Position numbers and translations under genes: made by a program. 64,000 nt of DNA from Chloroflexota bacterium (GTDB lineage: Bacteria; Chloroflexota; Dehalococcoidia; Dehalococcoidales; JBDRCY01), in assembly GCA_043821265.1 (NCBI GenBank), contig JBDRCY010000001.1, positions 2,497 through 66,496 on the forward strand. The letters are read 5' to 3'. The notes beneath the pieces are model-generated. The model was given only the letters and a program-made list of their open reading frames with translations, was not told the origin of the DNA and ran no database searches. Positions 47,604 through 55,738 of the stretch are shown piece by piece (the first letter of the stretch is position 1; every line of letters begins with the position of its first letter).

Positions 47604-47642
47604 GATAATCCCCCTGCCCATGCTAAGGCGAGGGGGATTATT
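47604..47642 (-). terminator. Hairpin after the TRAP permease gene
   Basis: gataatccccctgcc-N8-ggcgagggggattatt, followed on the minus strand by ctatttt. Lies 15 nt after the stop at 47657. Confidence 0.6.
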
Positions 47643-47656
47643 GTTGCCGGTTTATC

Positions 47657-49600
47657 TTACGGGGGACTGCCGCGAATGTCTTCGTTACCCGCTGTAGCCA
47701 GGGCAGGCTTGCGCGATAGCCGCCACCGGGCTATGGCGATAAATATGCCAACCCCGCCGATAATCAGCCCCCCCAGATTAACAGCCAGATCCAGATCAAA
47801 CGCGGCCACTTTTACGGTTAGTGGAATTAACAGCATCAGGCCGCCGAGGCCGAGTAACAGACGCTCTATTACCCCCACGCTTTTAATAACGAACCCTTCT
47901 GAGGCCATAGAGACAAAGACCACTCCCACCAGCACCATCCCCACCCTTGGTATAATCTCGAGCGGTGAGCCCTGCATTATTAAAGCCGGATAGAAGAGGA
48001 AGGAAAACGGCACCAGGTAGGAGACAAAGCCCAGGCGCACCGCCTGAAAGCCGAGTTTGAATGGCGATGCCCCGGCTATAGCTGCTGCCGCATAGCTGGT
48101 TACGCATACCGGCGGGGTTATACCGCTTATCATACTGAAGTACATGACGAACAGGTGGCTGGCCAGTGGCAGCATGCCCATTCTTATCAACGCCGGCGCT
48201 ACCAGGCTGGCCATGAAGATGTAAATCACCAGGCCGGACATGCCCATGCCCATTATCAGGCAGGCTACCGCAGTGAGTATTGCCAGGATTCCCAGGTTCC
48301 CCCCGGATATGGTAACTAGCGTGCCCGCAATCCTGAGTCCGAAGCCGGTAATGGTAAAGGAGCCCAGCACCAGCCCGACTATTCCCGCGATGATGCCGAG
48401 TAAGGCAAAGGCCCTGCCGGTATCGTGGATGGCGTCCAGGGCCTTGCGCCAGTTAAGCCTGGTCTCCCGGCGAATGCTGGTAACTAGTATCATTACTACC
48501 ATTGATATGAGGACCGCCTTGGCCGGGTTCATCTTTACCGCTCCCAGCAAATATACCAGGACAACCAGTGGTATAAGGACACCCCATGATGCCATTATGG
48601 CCTCTTTAAAGGATGGCAGCTCAGTTCGCGGTAGCCCTTTCATCCCCATCCGGGCGGCCTGAAAATCGCTCTGAATGAAAATCGCCAGGAAATATAGCGT
48701 TCCCGGTATAAAGGCGGCGATGCACACCTCCCAGTAGGTAATGCCCAGCCAGGATGCCATCAGGAAGGCGCCCGAGGCCATAACCGGGGGCATAATCATG
48801 CCGCCGGTGGAAGCGGCGGCCTCGACCGCCCCGGCATAGTAAGGCTTGTAGCCCATTCGCTTCATGAGGGGAATGGTTATTGCCCCGGTGGTGGCCACAT
48901 TGGCTATGGCGCTGCCGGATATCATGCCCAGAAAACCGCTGGCTACCACCGCCACCTTGGCCGGCCCGCCCCGGAGTTGGCCGGAGACAAAGAGGGCTAA
49001 CTTCATAATGCCTTCGATAGCCCCGGTCGCTTTGAGGAAAGAACCGAATAAGATAAACGGAAATATCATATAGGTAAAGGTATTTAAGACTATTCCCCAG
49101 ATACCGTGAGGCGTTAGAAATTGGGTATATACAATCTGGCTGAGGCTGAATTTCATCGAGTGCAGTACACCCGGCAGCAGGTAGCCAAAGTAGCTGTGCA
49201 GCATGAATATGATGCAGATACCGACGTATATCTTCCCCACCCCCCGCCGGGCTGCCTCCAGGAGGCTGATAAATAGCACTATGCCCATGCTAAAGGTGAA
49301 CCAGGTATTCCTGCCGACGTCGTTGATGATATGCCACAGGCTGCGCTTGTACTCAATGAAGACGTACAGGCAAGGAATAACGGCCATCAGCAGCAGGATG
49401 ACATCAATCACCCGGCTGAGCTTGCTTCTGCCCTTGAAGAAGAATGTCAGATAGGCGAGGGAGAGGGCGAAGAACATGAAGCCGCTGCGGGCAACCATTT
49501 CCGGTAGCGGCCGGTTAAGATAAGAGGGTATATTGACAATTATGACAATCTCGTAGATAACAAAAGCGGTGCATAATATTTTTATCAATCTGTTTCGCAT
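47657..49600 (-). CDS. TRAP transporter fused permease (TAXI-type, DctQ/DctM-like fusion)
   Basis: 647 aa. Highly hydrophobic polytopic protein immediately downstream of a TAXI solute-binding gene. Confidence 0.85.
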   Translation of the reverse strand: MRNRLIKILCTAFVIYEIVIIVNIPSYLNRPLPEMVARSGFMFFALSLAYLTFFFKGRSKLSRVIDVILLLMAVIPCLYVFIEYKRSLWHIINDVGRNTWFTFSMGIVLFISLLEAARRGVGKIYVGICIIFMLHSYFGYLLPGVLHSMKFSLSQIVYTQFLTPHGIWGIVLNTFTYMIFPFILFGSFLKATGAIEGIMKLALFVSGQLRGGPAKVAVVASGFLGMISGSAIANVATTGAITIPLMKRMGYKPYYAGAVEAAASTGGMIMPPVMASGAFLMASWLGITYWEVCIAAFIPGTLYFLAIFIQSDFQAARMGMKGLPRTELPSFKEAIMASWGVLIPLVVLVYLLGAVKMNPAKAVLISMVVMILVTSIRRETRLNWRKALDAIHDTGRAFALLGIIAGIVGLVLGSFTITGFGLRIAGTLVTISGGNLGILAILTAVACLIMGMGMSGLVIYIFMASLVAPALIRMGMLPLASHLFVMYFSMISGITPPVCVTSYAAAAIAGASPFKLGFQAVRLGFVSYLVPFSFLFYPALIMQGSPLEIIPRVGMVLVGVVFVSMASEGFVIKSVGVIERLLLGLGGLMLLIPLTVKVAAFDLDLAVNLGGLIIGGVGIFIAIARWRLSRKPALATAGNEDIRGSPP

Positions 49601-49851
49601 TTTATATTCTCTTGTCGCGCTAAATCGAACCGGTTCATAACTGTAACCAGGTGGTCATCTCGAGTATAAGTAACCAAGCGATAACCCAGTCAAAGACTTA
49701 GCGATACACTAAGGTTACGGGCTACGACGGTATAAACGGCTATGGGGGCAGGCTCACTACCTGCGGTCGAAGCACCGCACCGGATAAAGATATCTGGGCC
49801 CGCCCCCAATGGCACGTTTACAGTTTATTTAACTATTGCTTGGCCTTTAAT

Positions 49852-50937
49852 CTAATCCCAGAGCCACTCGTCAGGATAGTACCAGGCCTCGCTCAGGTTC
49901 TTCTTCTGCTGGGCTTCCTTTTCCTTGGTCCAGATGCCCTTTTCCTTGGCTAACTTGATTACACCGGGATGATAGGGGGCGTTATCCCACGAAATAAGTT
50001 GTTCTTGGAAACCAGCTCCGGCGGGGCCGTATATCTCAGCCACCTCATCCGAATGTTCATACAGGGTCTTTGTTATCGTGTAAACTAAGTCAGTGTCAAG
50101 GTCCTTGTGTACTCCCCATCCGTTAGGTGTGCCGACGGTGATTACGTCATGGTCGAACCCTTTGTAGCCACCGGCCTCCATTATTCCGGGGACAAAGCCC
50201 ATTGACTTAACCAGTGGATGGTCACAGAACTCCTGGGCCCTCTCTATGGATTCGAAACCAATCATATCCATATCGGCTGTTTCAAAGGCCTCCATAACAT
50301 CTGCGTCTCCCGGATGGACCATCCCGCCCCATGAGCCGGCGGCTCTGCCTTCGACTACGGTGAATATGTCGGTCTTCCGGGCGCCGCTCGATTCGAATTT
50401 AATGACGTCATCCGGGTTGAAACCGTACATCTCGGCAATAACCTTGAACCGGTTCGCGTACCACGCGCTGGTGGGGTAATCCCAGATGAACTTCTTCCCC
50501 GGCAGGTCGGCAAAGCTTTTTATACCCGCGTCCTGGCGCACCCAGGTGGCATTCCAGTATTGGTACTGAGCAAATGCATGTGTATAAGGAATTTTATAGC
50601 CCTTGGTCGCCTCATCGAATTCAGGCAGATTCCTGGATGCCTTATAACCTTGGTCACCGTACCCATGGACAAATTGTACCTGCCCCGAGGCGAACATACC
50701 AAACCTCTCGGCTATGGTACCGGCTACTGCGGTAGATCCTATATCGGTGTATTTCTCCAATATTTGTCCTACAGCTATAGCAGACAGGTAGCTGGAGGCG
50801 GTCGGGCCGCTGCCTGCCCAGGCCACCTCCGTGAGCGTTATCGTACCCTCCGGTTTAGCCGGTGCCCCGCAACTGAGCATGCCGGCCAGCAGTCCGAGCA
50901 GAACCATGATACTAATGAGTACCGCCAATTTTTTCAT
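49852..50937 (-). CDS. TAXI family TRAP transporter solute-binding lipoprotein
   Basis: 361 aa. Lipobox MKKLAVLISIMVLLGLLAGMLSCG. TAXI/NMT1-like body. Confidence 0.85.
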   Translation of the reverse strand: MKKLAVLISIMVLLGLLAGMLSCGAPAKPEGTITLTEVAWAGSGPTASSYLSAIAVGQILEKYTDIGSTAVAGTIAERFGMFASGQVQFVHGYGDQGYKASRNLPEFDEATKGYKIPYTHAFAQYQYWNATWVRQDAGIKSFADLPGKKFIWDYPTSAWYANRFKVIAEMYGFNPDDVIKFESSGARKTDIFTVVEGRAAGSWGGMVHPGDADVMEAFETADMDMIGFESIERAQEFCDHPLVKSMGFVPGIMEAGGYKGFDHDVITVGTPNGWGVHKDLDTDLVYTITKTLYEHSDEVAEIYGPAGAGFQEQLISWDNAPYHPGVIKLAKEKGIWTKEKEAQQKKNLSEAWYYPDEWLWD

Positions 50938-51074
50938 GCTGTTCCTCCTTTTCTATATTTAATGAAAGCGGCGTTGTTTTTCAGTAAGCCGGTTTCCCAA
51001 GTGATTATTCAGGATGCTCATGTCATACTCCACATCCCCATTCCCTGTCCCTTGCGATTTACGCTGCTAACCTG

Positions 51075-51123
51075 CTCAGCCGAAAAGCTGAGACTATTAT
51101 AGCATGGTATTACGATTTGTCAA
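51075..51123 (-). promoter_or_regulatory. Consensus sigma70 promoter plus a palindrome at the predicted start site of the TAXI-TRAP operon
   Basis: The minus strand reads TTGACA (51123-51118)-N16-TATAAT (51101-51096). It is followed 3 nt later by CTCAGC-N6-GCTGAG (51092-51075). Confidence 0.55.
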
Positions 51124-51328
51124 CCATTACTAAGAGGAAATATTCAGTCCTCCTAGGGGTCCGTTTAGCCGGCGGCTAATCTCTCTGGTATCCTTTCCCG
51201 CTACTCCAAGGAGGGTATGAGCCGCCGGAATTTCTGGATGCATATCGACAGACGGCCAGTCCTTTACAATATTAATAGGGTGGTGATGTTCCGTCGAAAG
51301 GAGGCAGCCATGAGCGTTTGTCTTATGC

Positions 51329-51700
51329 TTACTCTACCCATCGGCTAAGGTCGTCTTCGATAGAGTCCCAGACCTCGGGGGCGATTTTGTCCTCCTCTGG
51401 ATTGCAGGCTGGCTTCATCGGTGGTGTTTCTAGCGATGCGTATTCCGGATTATGGTTGGCCAGGCAGAGGAATATGATAAGTCCGAAGGGGGCGATAGAC
51501 AGCCATGCCCACCATAAACTCCTGTTTTTTCGGCGTAGCACCCAGATGAGTACGGCTAGAGTTGCGAGACTGAATATGAACCATAGGAGGAGAGTGATTC
51601 CATACGAAAGATTGGCTAGTAGAACTCGAATATAGAGTACTTGTATGAAAAGCCATACCAAGAAGATAGGCCAGTTTAGATGGCGTTGACACCAGTTCAT
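51329..51700 (-). CDS. Small membrane protein (about 3 TM) translationally coupled to the repressor
   Basis: ATG 51700-51698 overlaps the repressor TGA (51699-51697) as ATGA. MNWCQRHLNWPIFLVWLFIQVLY... has three hydrophobic segments and an acidic C-terminal tail. Confidence 0.55.
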   Translation of the reverse strand: MNWCQRHLNWPIFLVWLFIQVLYIRVLLANLSYGITLLLWFIFSLATLAVLIWVLRRKNRSLWWAWLSIAPFGLIIFLCLANHNPEYASLETPPMKPACNPEEDKIAPEVWDSIEDDLSRWVE

Positions 51701-52326
51701 TTCAGCCTTCTTATCACCTCGATGACCGGGGCGGCTGCCAGGCAGTCGCTGAGTTTCAGGCGGTCTAAGTTGGTCTCCAGCCACAGCTCACCGTCGCTAT
51801 TCTGTAGCCGGCCGATGCGTAGCTCGTCGTCGAGCAGGCAGGCGATTATGTCACCGTTGTCGATAGGGGCTTCCCGGTCAACGATAATGATGTCGCCATC
51901 ATATACCGCCGGTTCCAGGCAGTTGCCGTGCACGATGTAGCCCTCTATGTTGGCGCTGGACACCTTGGGGCGCGCCCGGTAGACATACTCCACCGGGCTG
52001 GCCGGCCCGCCGGCATGGAAGGGGAACTCGGTATAGACGGGCACGCTGAGCGGCTGGGCCAGTTTTAGCCGCTCCAGGATTTGCTCCGGTGTCTCCGGGG
52101 GGACGGATGGCGCCCGCCCCTCTATTACCTGCGTCAACCGGTTGGGTGTCATGCTCAGCCCCCGGGCCAGGCGCTGGAAGGTCTCCTGTGTCGGGTTTTT
52201 GTAGGCGCCACTCTCGATACGGGATATGTGGGAACGCAACAACCCAGAGCGGGCGGCCAGCTCGGCCTGGGTCATGCCCTGCTCGGTGCGTAGTTTCCTG
52301 ATGTGCTTACCCCAGTTAATAACCAT
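51697..52326 (-). CDS. CI/LexA-like phage repressor (XRE HTH + S24 peptidase-like domain)
   Basis: ATG 52326 is preceded by GAGGAGG. HTH ...IRKLRTEQGMTQAELAARSGLLRSHISRIESG.... C-terminal ...VHGNCLEPAVYDGDIIIVD...GDIIACLLDDELRIGRL.... Confidence 0.85.
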   Translation of the reverse strand: MVINWGKHIRKLRTEQGMTQAELAARSGLLRSHISRIESGAYKNPTQETFQRLARGLSMTPNRLTQVIEGRAPSVPPETPEQILERLKLAQPLSVPVYTEFPFHAGGPASPVEYVYRARPKVSSANIEGYIVHGNCLEPAVYDGDIIIVDREAPIDNGDIIACLLDDELRIGRLQNSDGELWLETNLDRLKLSDCLAAAPVIEVIRRLK

Positions 52327-52356
52327 GCCTACCTCCTCGTAAATGTGTATATTTAT

Positions 52357-52485
52357 ATTGTAGCACAAGTGATACCTTTGTCAACTGCCATGTTACTACT
52401 ATGGCTTCGTATGAGATATAGAGGCGTTGATTTGTGATGAAAATGTGATTTAGGGGTTGACAAACGTCAACTAATCTGCTACATT
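52357..52485. promoter_or_regulatory. Divergent lysogeny-switch control region (back-to-back promoters and palindromic operator candidates)
   Basis: Minus strand: TTGACA (52384-52379)-N16-TACAAT (52362-52357). Plus strand: TTGACA (52457-52462)-N17-TACATT (52480-52485). The palindrome GTTGACAAACGTCAAC (52456-52471) overlaps the plus-strand -35, and the related TTGTCAAC (52378-52385) overlaps the minus-strand -35. Confidence 0.6.
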
Positions 52486-52494
52486 TGTATCATT

Positions 52495-52827
52495 ATGATT
52501 GTTCAGGCACTCAAGGATATTCAGGGGCGAGACGGCTTAAGCGACCGGGAATTGGCCCGACGAATTGATGTCCACCGTGTTAGCTGGAGCCGGATAAAGA
52601 CCGGTCGCGCTCCCTTCGGTGTAAAATTCCTCTCCGGGGTGCGCCGGGCCTTTCCTGAACTCAAGGATGAGATTGATATTTTTTTGGCCGCTAACGTTAC
52701 AGCTATCAACAGTAAAGTTACAATAGGCAATAAGGGGCGTACCAGGAGAAGGGAAAAACGCGGCCGCTTTTCCCTCAGGCGCTTATGCCGCGCCCTGTCC
52801 CGCTGGCGGAGGGAAGTATTCGGTTAG
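52495..52827 (+). CDS. Cro/XRE-like HTH protein
   Basis: 110 aa. ...LSDRELARRIDVHRVSWSRIKTG... HTH. The ATG lies only about 9 nt after the -10 hexamer, so the mRNA is near-leaderless. Confidence 0.65.
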   Translation: MIVQALKDIQGRDGLSDRELARRIDVHRVSWSRIKTGRAPFGVKFLSGVRRAFPELKDEIDIFLAANVTAINSKVTIGNKGRTRRREKRGRFSLRRLCRALSRWRREVFG

Positions 52828-52939
52828 GGGTAGCTTTGTGGACTGATGAGCAGATTTTTGGGGAAATCATGCCGGGACCAGACAAAAGCGGGGACAGCGG
52901 ACAATTCAGCCGGCGGGCCGCGGGGAAAGGTTGAATTCC

Positions 52940-53047
52940 ATGCGCCGGGCGCTTAAGAGGCAACTTCGTACCTCGCATGGCCAGGAGGATGTCTTGACCC
53001 GGCATATACGCCGCTGTATCTCCCGCGAGGAGACCGGCCAGGAGTGA
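52940..53047 (+). CDS. Possible small phage ORF (35 aa, basic)
   Basis: MRRALKRQLRTSHGQEDVLTRHIRRCISREETGQE. Below the ORF-track cut-off. Supported only by position in a phage early region. Confidence 0.2.
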   Translation: MRRALKRQLRTSHGQEDVLTRHIRRCISREETGQE

Positions 53048-53067
53048 GGGAAAGGCAGGTAAAGGTG

Positions 53068-53187
53068 ATGCTGGTACTGAAGATAAGCGGTAAAGCCCGG
53101 CAGGTGTTTGCGCTGCTGGCGCTGCTGGCACGGGAGCGGGGAGGTGATACCCTGGCCGAGATTATGCAGGGCGCCCGCCGCCACTAG
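53068..53187 (+). CDS. Possible small phage ORF (39 aa)
   Basis: MLVLKISGKARQVFALLALLARERGGDTLAEIMQGARRH, helix-turn-helix-like. AAAGG lies just upstream. Weak support. Confidence 0.25.
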   Translation: MLVLKISGKARQVFALLALLARERGGDTLAEIMQGARRH

Positions 53188-53315
53188 CCTTATCGTGGGC
53201 CGTTACCGGAGTCGCACCAGAGTAATCGTACACGAGAAGGCCTACTGAATAACCATTGAAAGCGGGTAACTGGCGTTCTATTCTGCCGTTATAAGTAGTA
53301 GGAGGGGCGAAAGCG

Positions 53316-54227
53316 ATGGCTATCAAGGGACTAACGGAAAGGCGGCTCCTGCCCCGGCTGGGCAAGATACACCTGGGGATAAAGGTAAAGAACGAGGACG
53401 GTGTGGAATACCCCCGCATGCTGGACTACTTCGTCTGCCCGCCGGAGGTTAAGGCGGTGTTTGGCGAGAGGCCGAAGGAGCTGCGCATCATTATCCCGGT
53501 GGAGGATGAGGAGAGATGGGCCACCCAGTATTACCGTTGCTACTCCAAGACAAAGGGGTTAGTTTGCAAGGGGGATGGCGAGACGGCCATGCGCATGGTG
53601 GACGTAAAGACCGGGGCCCTGGCCGACCGCACCAGTAAAAAGGCGGAGATGCGGGAGGTCGCCTGTGCCGGGCGGCACTGTCCCTATTATGAGCACAGGT
53701 GCAAGGAAGTGATGAACCTGCGTTTTCTCCTGCCCGAGGTGCCCGGCATGGGCGTGTGGCAGGTAGACAGTTCCAGTATTAATTCCATCAAGAATATTAA
53801 CTCCGCTGCCTTCCTCATCAAGCAGCTCTACGGGCGTATCTCCATGCTGCCGCTGCTGCTTACTTTCGAGCCGATGATGGTAATAAGCCCCGTTGACGGC
53901 AAGCGCAAGCGGGTATCCGCCCTCAACCTGCGCACCAAGGAGAGCATGGTTGACCTGATGCAGATAGCCGCTATGAAACCGGCCGATATGCTGCTGAGGA
54001 TGCCGGTGGCCGATGATGAGCCGGGGGAGATGGCCCCTGAGATGGCCGAAGCAGAGGCGGCGGACGGACTGCCCGCTACCGCCGGCGAACTGATGGCGCT
54101 GGTGAGCGCTCACGGCAAGCAGTATAACCGGACGTGGCTAAATAATACCTTCTCCTTCACCGAGGAGGACATGGAACAGTACCCCGACCGCTGCTGGCTG
54201 GAGATCAGGGACGCCACCGGCTGGTAG
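53316..54227 (+). CDS. Conserved-looking phage early protein of unknown function (Cys-containing, acidic C-terminal tail)
   Basis: 303 aa. GGAGGGG RBS upstream. ...RLGKIHLGIKVKNEDGVEYPRMLDYFVCPPE...GLVCKGDGETA...CAGRHCPYYEHRC.... I cannot assign a family with confidence. Confidence 0.7.
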   Translation: MAIKGLTERRLLPRLGKIHLGIKVKNEDGVEYPRMLDYFVCPPEVKAVFGERPKELRIIIPVEDEERWATQYYRCYSKTKGLVCKGDGETAMRMVDVKTGALADRTSKKAEMREVACAGRHCPYYEHRCKEVMNLRFLLPEVPGMGVWQVDSSSINSIKNINSAAFLIKQLYGRISMLPLLLTFEPMMVISPVDGKRKRVSALNLRTKESMVDLMQIAAMKPADMLLRMPVADDEPGEMAPEMAEAEAADGLPATAGELMALVSAHGKQYNRTWLNNTFSFTEEDMEQYPDRCWLEIRDATGW

Positions 54228-54261
54228 GACTGGGGATAACTTGACATAATAGGGGAGGGAT

Positions 54262-55011
54262 ATGATGAAACGGACGCCTATCGAGTGGGTAAAAAACCCC
54301 GACCTGACCCCCGGGTTTGCCTGGAACCCGGTTACCGGCTGTTTAAACGGCTGCCCCTATTGCTATGCCCGTCGCCTGGCGGGCGGGCGGCTGAAGGAGC
54401 GTTACTTGCATAATAACAATATCAGCATCACCGGTGGGGTGGACATAGACGACCCGTTCGCCCCGCGCTTCTGGCCGGGGCGGCTGGGTGCGCCCCTGTC
54501 GCGTAAGGAAGCGTCGGGGATATTTGTCTGCGACATGGGCGAACTATTCGGCCCCTGGCTCCCCGATGGCTGGATAGATACTGTCTTCGAGGTGATTAAG
54601 GCTACCCCTCATCATCGCTATTACCTGCTCACCAAGCAGCCGGAGATGCTGCCGGAGTATAATCCATTTCCGGATAATTGCTGGGTGGGGGTGAGCGCTA
54701 CCGGCACGGCCCTGGCGCGCCTGGCCGCCTATTACCTGGAGCAGGTGGTGGCCAGGGTGAAGTTCGTCTCCTTCGAGCCCCTGCTGTCCGCTATAGTTGG
54801 CTCCCTCGGAGAGCTGATGACGGCGGTGGACTGGGCCGTCATCGGGGGGAGGTCGGGGCCAATGCCCTTCCACCCCCCGGTGGAGTGGGTGCGGGCCATA
54901 GAGGCCGCCGCCGATGAGGCCGGCGTTCCCGTCTTTGAGAAGTATAACCTGAGTGAAAACGGCAAAGCAGGATTAAGGCAGGAGATACCACAGGGTATGG
55001 GCTATGGCTAG
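54262..55011 (+). CDS. Phage Gp37/Gp68 family protein (DUF5131) with a three-Cys motif
   Basis: 249 aa. The N-terminal ...TPIEWVKNPDL...WNPVTGCLNGCPYCYARR... (C-x3-C-x2-C) is the hallmark start of this family. Confidence 0.85.
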   Translation: MMKRTPIEWVKNPDLTPGFAWNPVTGCLNGCPYCYARRLAGGRLKERYLHNNNISITGGVDIDDPFAPRFWPGRLGAPLSRKEASGIFVCDMGELFGPWLPDGWIDTVFEVIKATPHHRYYLLTKQPEMLPEYNPFPDNCWVGVSATGTALARLAAYYLEQVVARVKFVSFEPLLSAIVGSLGELMTAVDWAVIGGRSGPMPFHPPVEWVRAIEAAADEAGVPVFEKYNLSENGKAGLRQEIPQGMGYG

Positions 55012-55738
55012 GGGCCGCTTCATCTCCAAGGACATATCGTGGGACGAGAAGGTGGATGCCCTGCCCGACGATTCGGCCCGGCTCCTCTTTACCTGGATGA
55101 TAGCCCACGCCGATAGCGAGGGCCGGCTCTACGGGGACGCCAGTTTGGTGAAAAGCCTGGTGGTGCCCCGGCGTAATTACTCCGCCAGGAGGGTAGATAA
55201 ATACCTCATGGAAATGAAAAAACTGGGGCTTATCGAGCGCTACTGCGTCGGTAAAAATCAGTATATTCATATAGCCGGTTTCGAAAAAAACCAGGTGGGT
55301 CTTAGAAAAGAGCGCGAGGCCCAGTCTCAAATACCCCCCAGGGAGGGCGGAGTAACTCCTGCGACACTCCGGAGTAAGGCCGGAGCCGGTCCGCCCCAAG
55401 AGGAAGTGGAAGATAAGGTTAAGGATAAGGTTAAGTTATCATCCTCTAACGGCCAGCATCTGGCCCAAATAGCCAAGTATTATGAGGAAAATATCGGGGT
55501 AATAACGCCGGCCATCAGCGAAAAACTCAAGGAGATAGCCGCCGAGTATCCGCCGGACTGGTTCGCCGAGGCGGTGAGCGAGTCCTGCAAGCATAATAAG
55601 CGCAGCCTGGCCTATATCCTCAGGATACTGGAGTCCTGGCGGGCCAACGGTATTAAGAAGAGTAAGACAAGTCATCGGGGGAATGTACCCAGCGATGCCG
55701 AACTGGACCGCCAGGCCAGGGACAGGGGGTTGATGTGA
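55004..55738 (+). CDS. Phage replication protein, DnaD-domain (replisome organiser-like)
   Basis: 244 aa. Winged-helix-like N-terminal half and the C-terminal ...IAKYYEENIGVITPAISEKLKEI...AYILRILESWRANGI DnaD/DnaB_2-type repeat. Overlaps the upstream gene by 8 nt. Confidence 0.75.
   Translation: MARGRFISKDISWDEKVDALPDDSARLLFTWMIAHADSEGRLYGDASLVKSLVVPRRNYSARRVDKYLMEMKKLGLIERYCVGKNQYIHIAGFEKNQVGLRKEREAQSQIPPREGGVTPATLRSKAGAGPPQEEVEDKVKDKVKLSSSNGQHLAQIAKYYEENIGVITPAISEKLKEIAAEYPPDWFAEAVSESCKHNKRSLAYILRILESWRANGIKKSKTSHRGNVPSDAELDRQARDRGLM

Noticed and set aside
55410-55436. Short tandem repeat gataaggttaag x2 inside the DnaD-like gene
   Set aside because: It simply encodes the KVKDKVK linker. 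It is too short to be an iteron array or a CRISPR-like feature.
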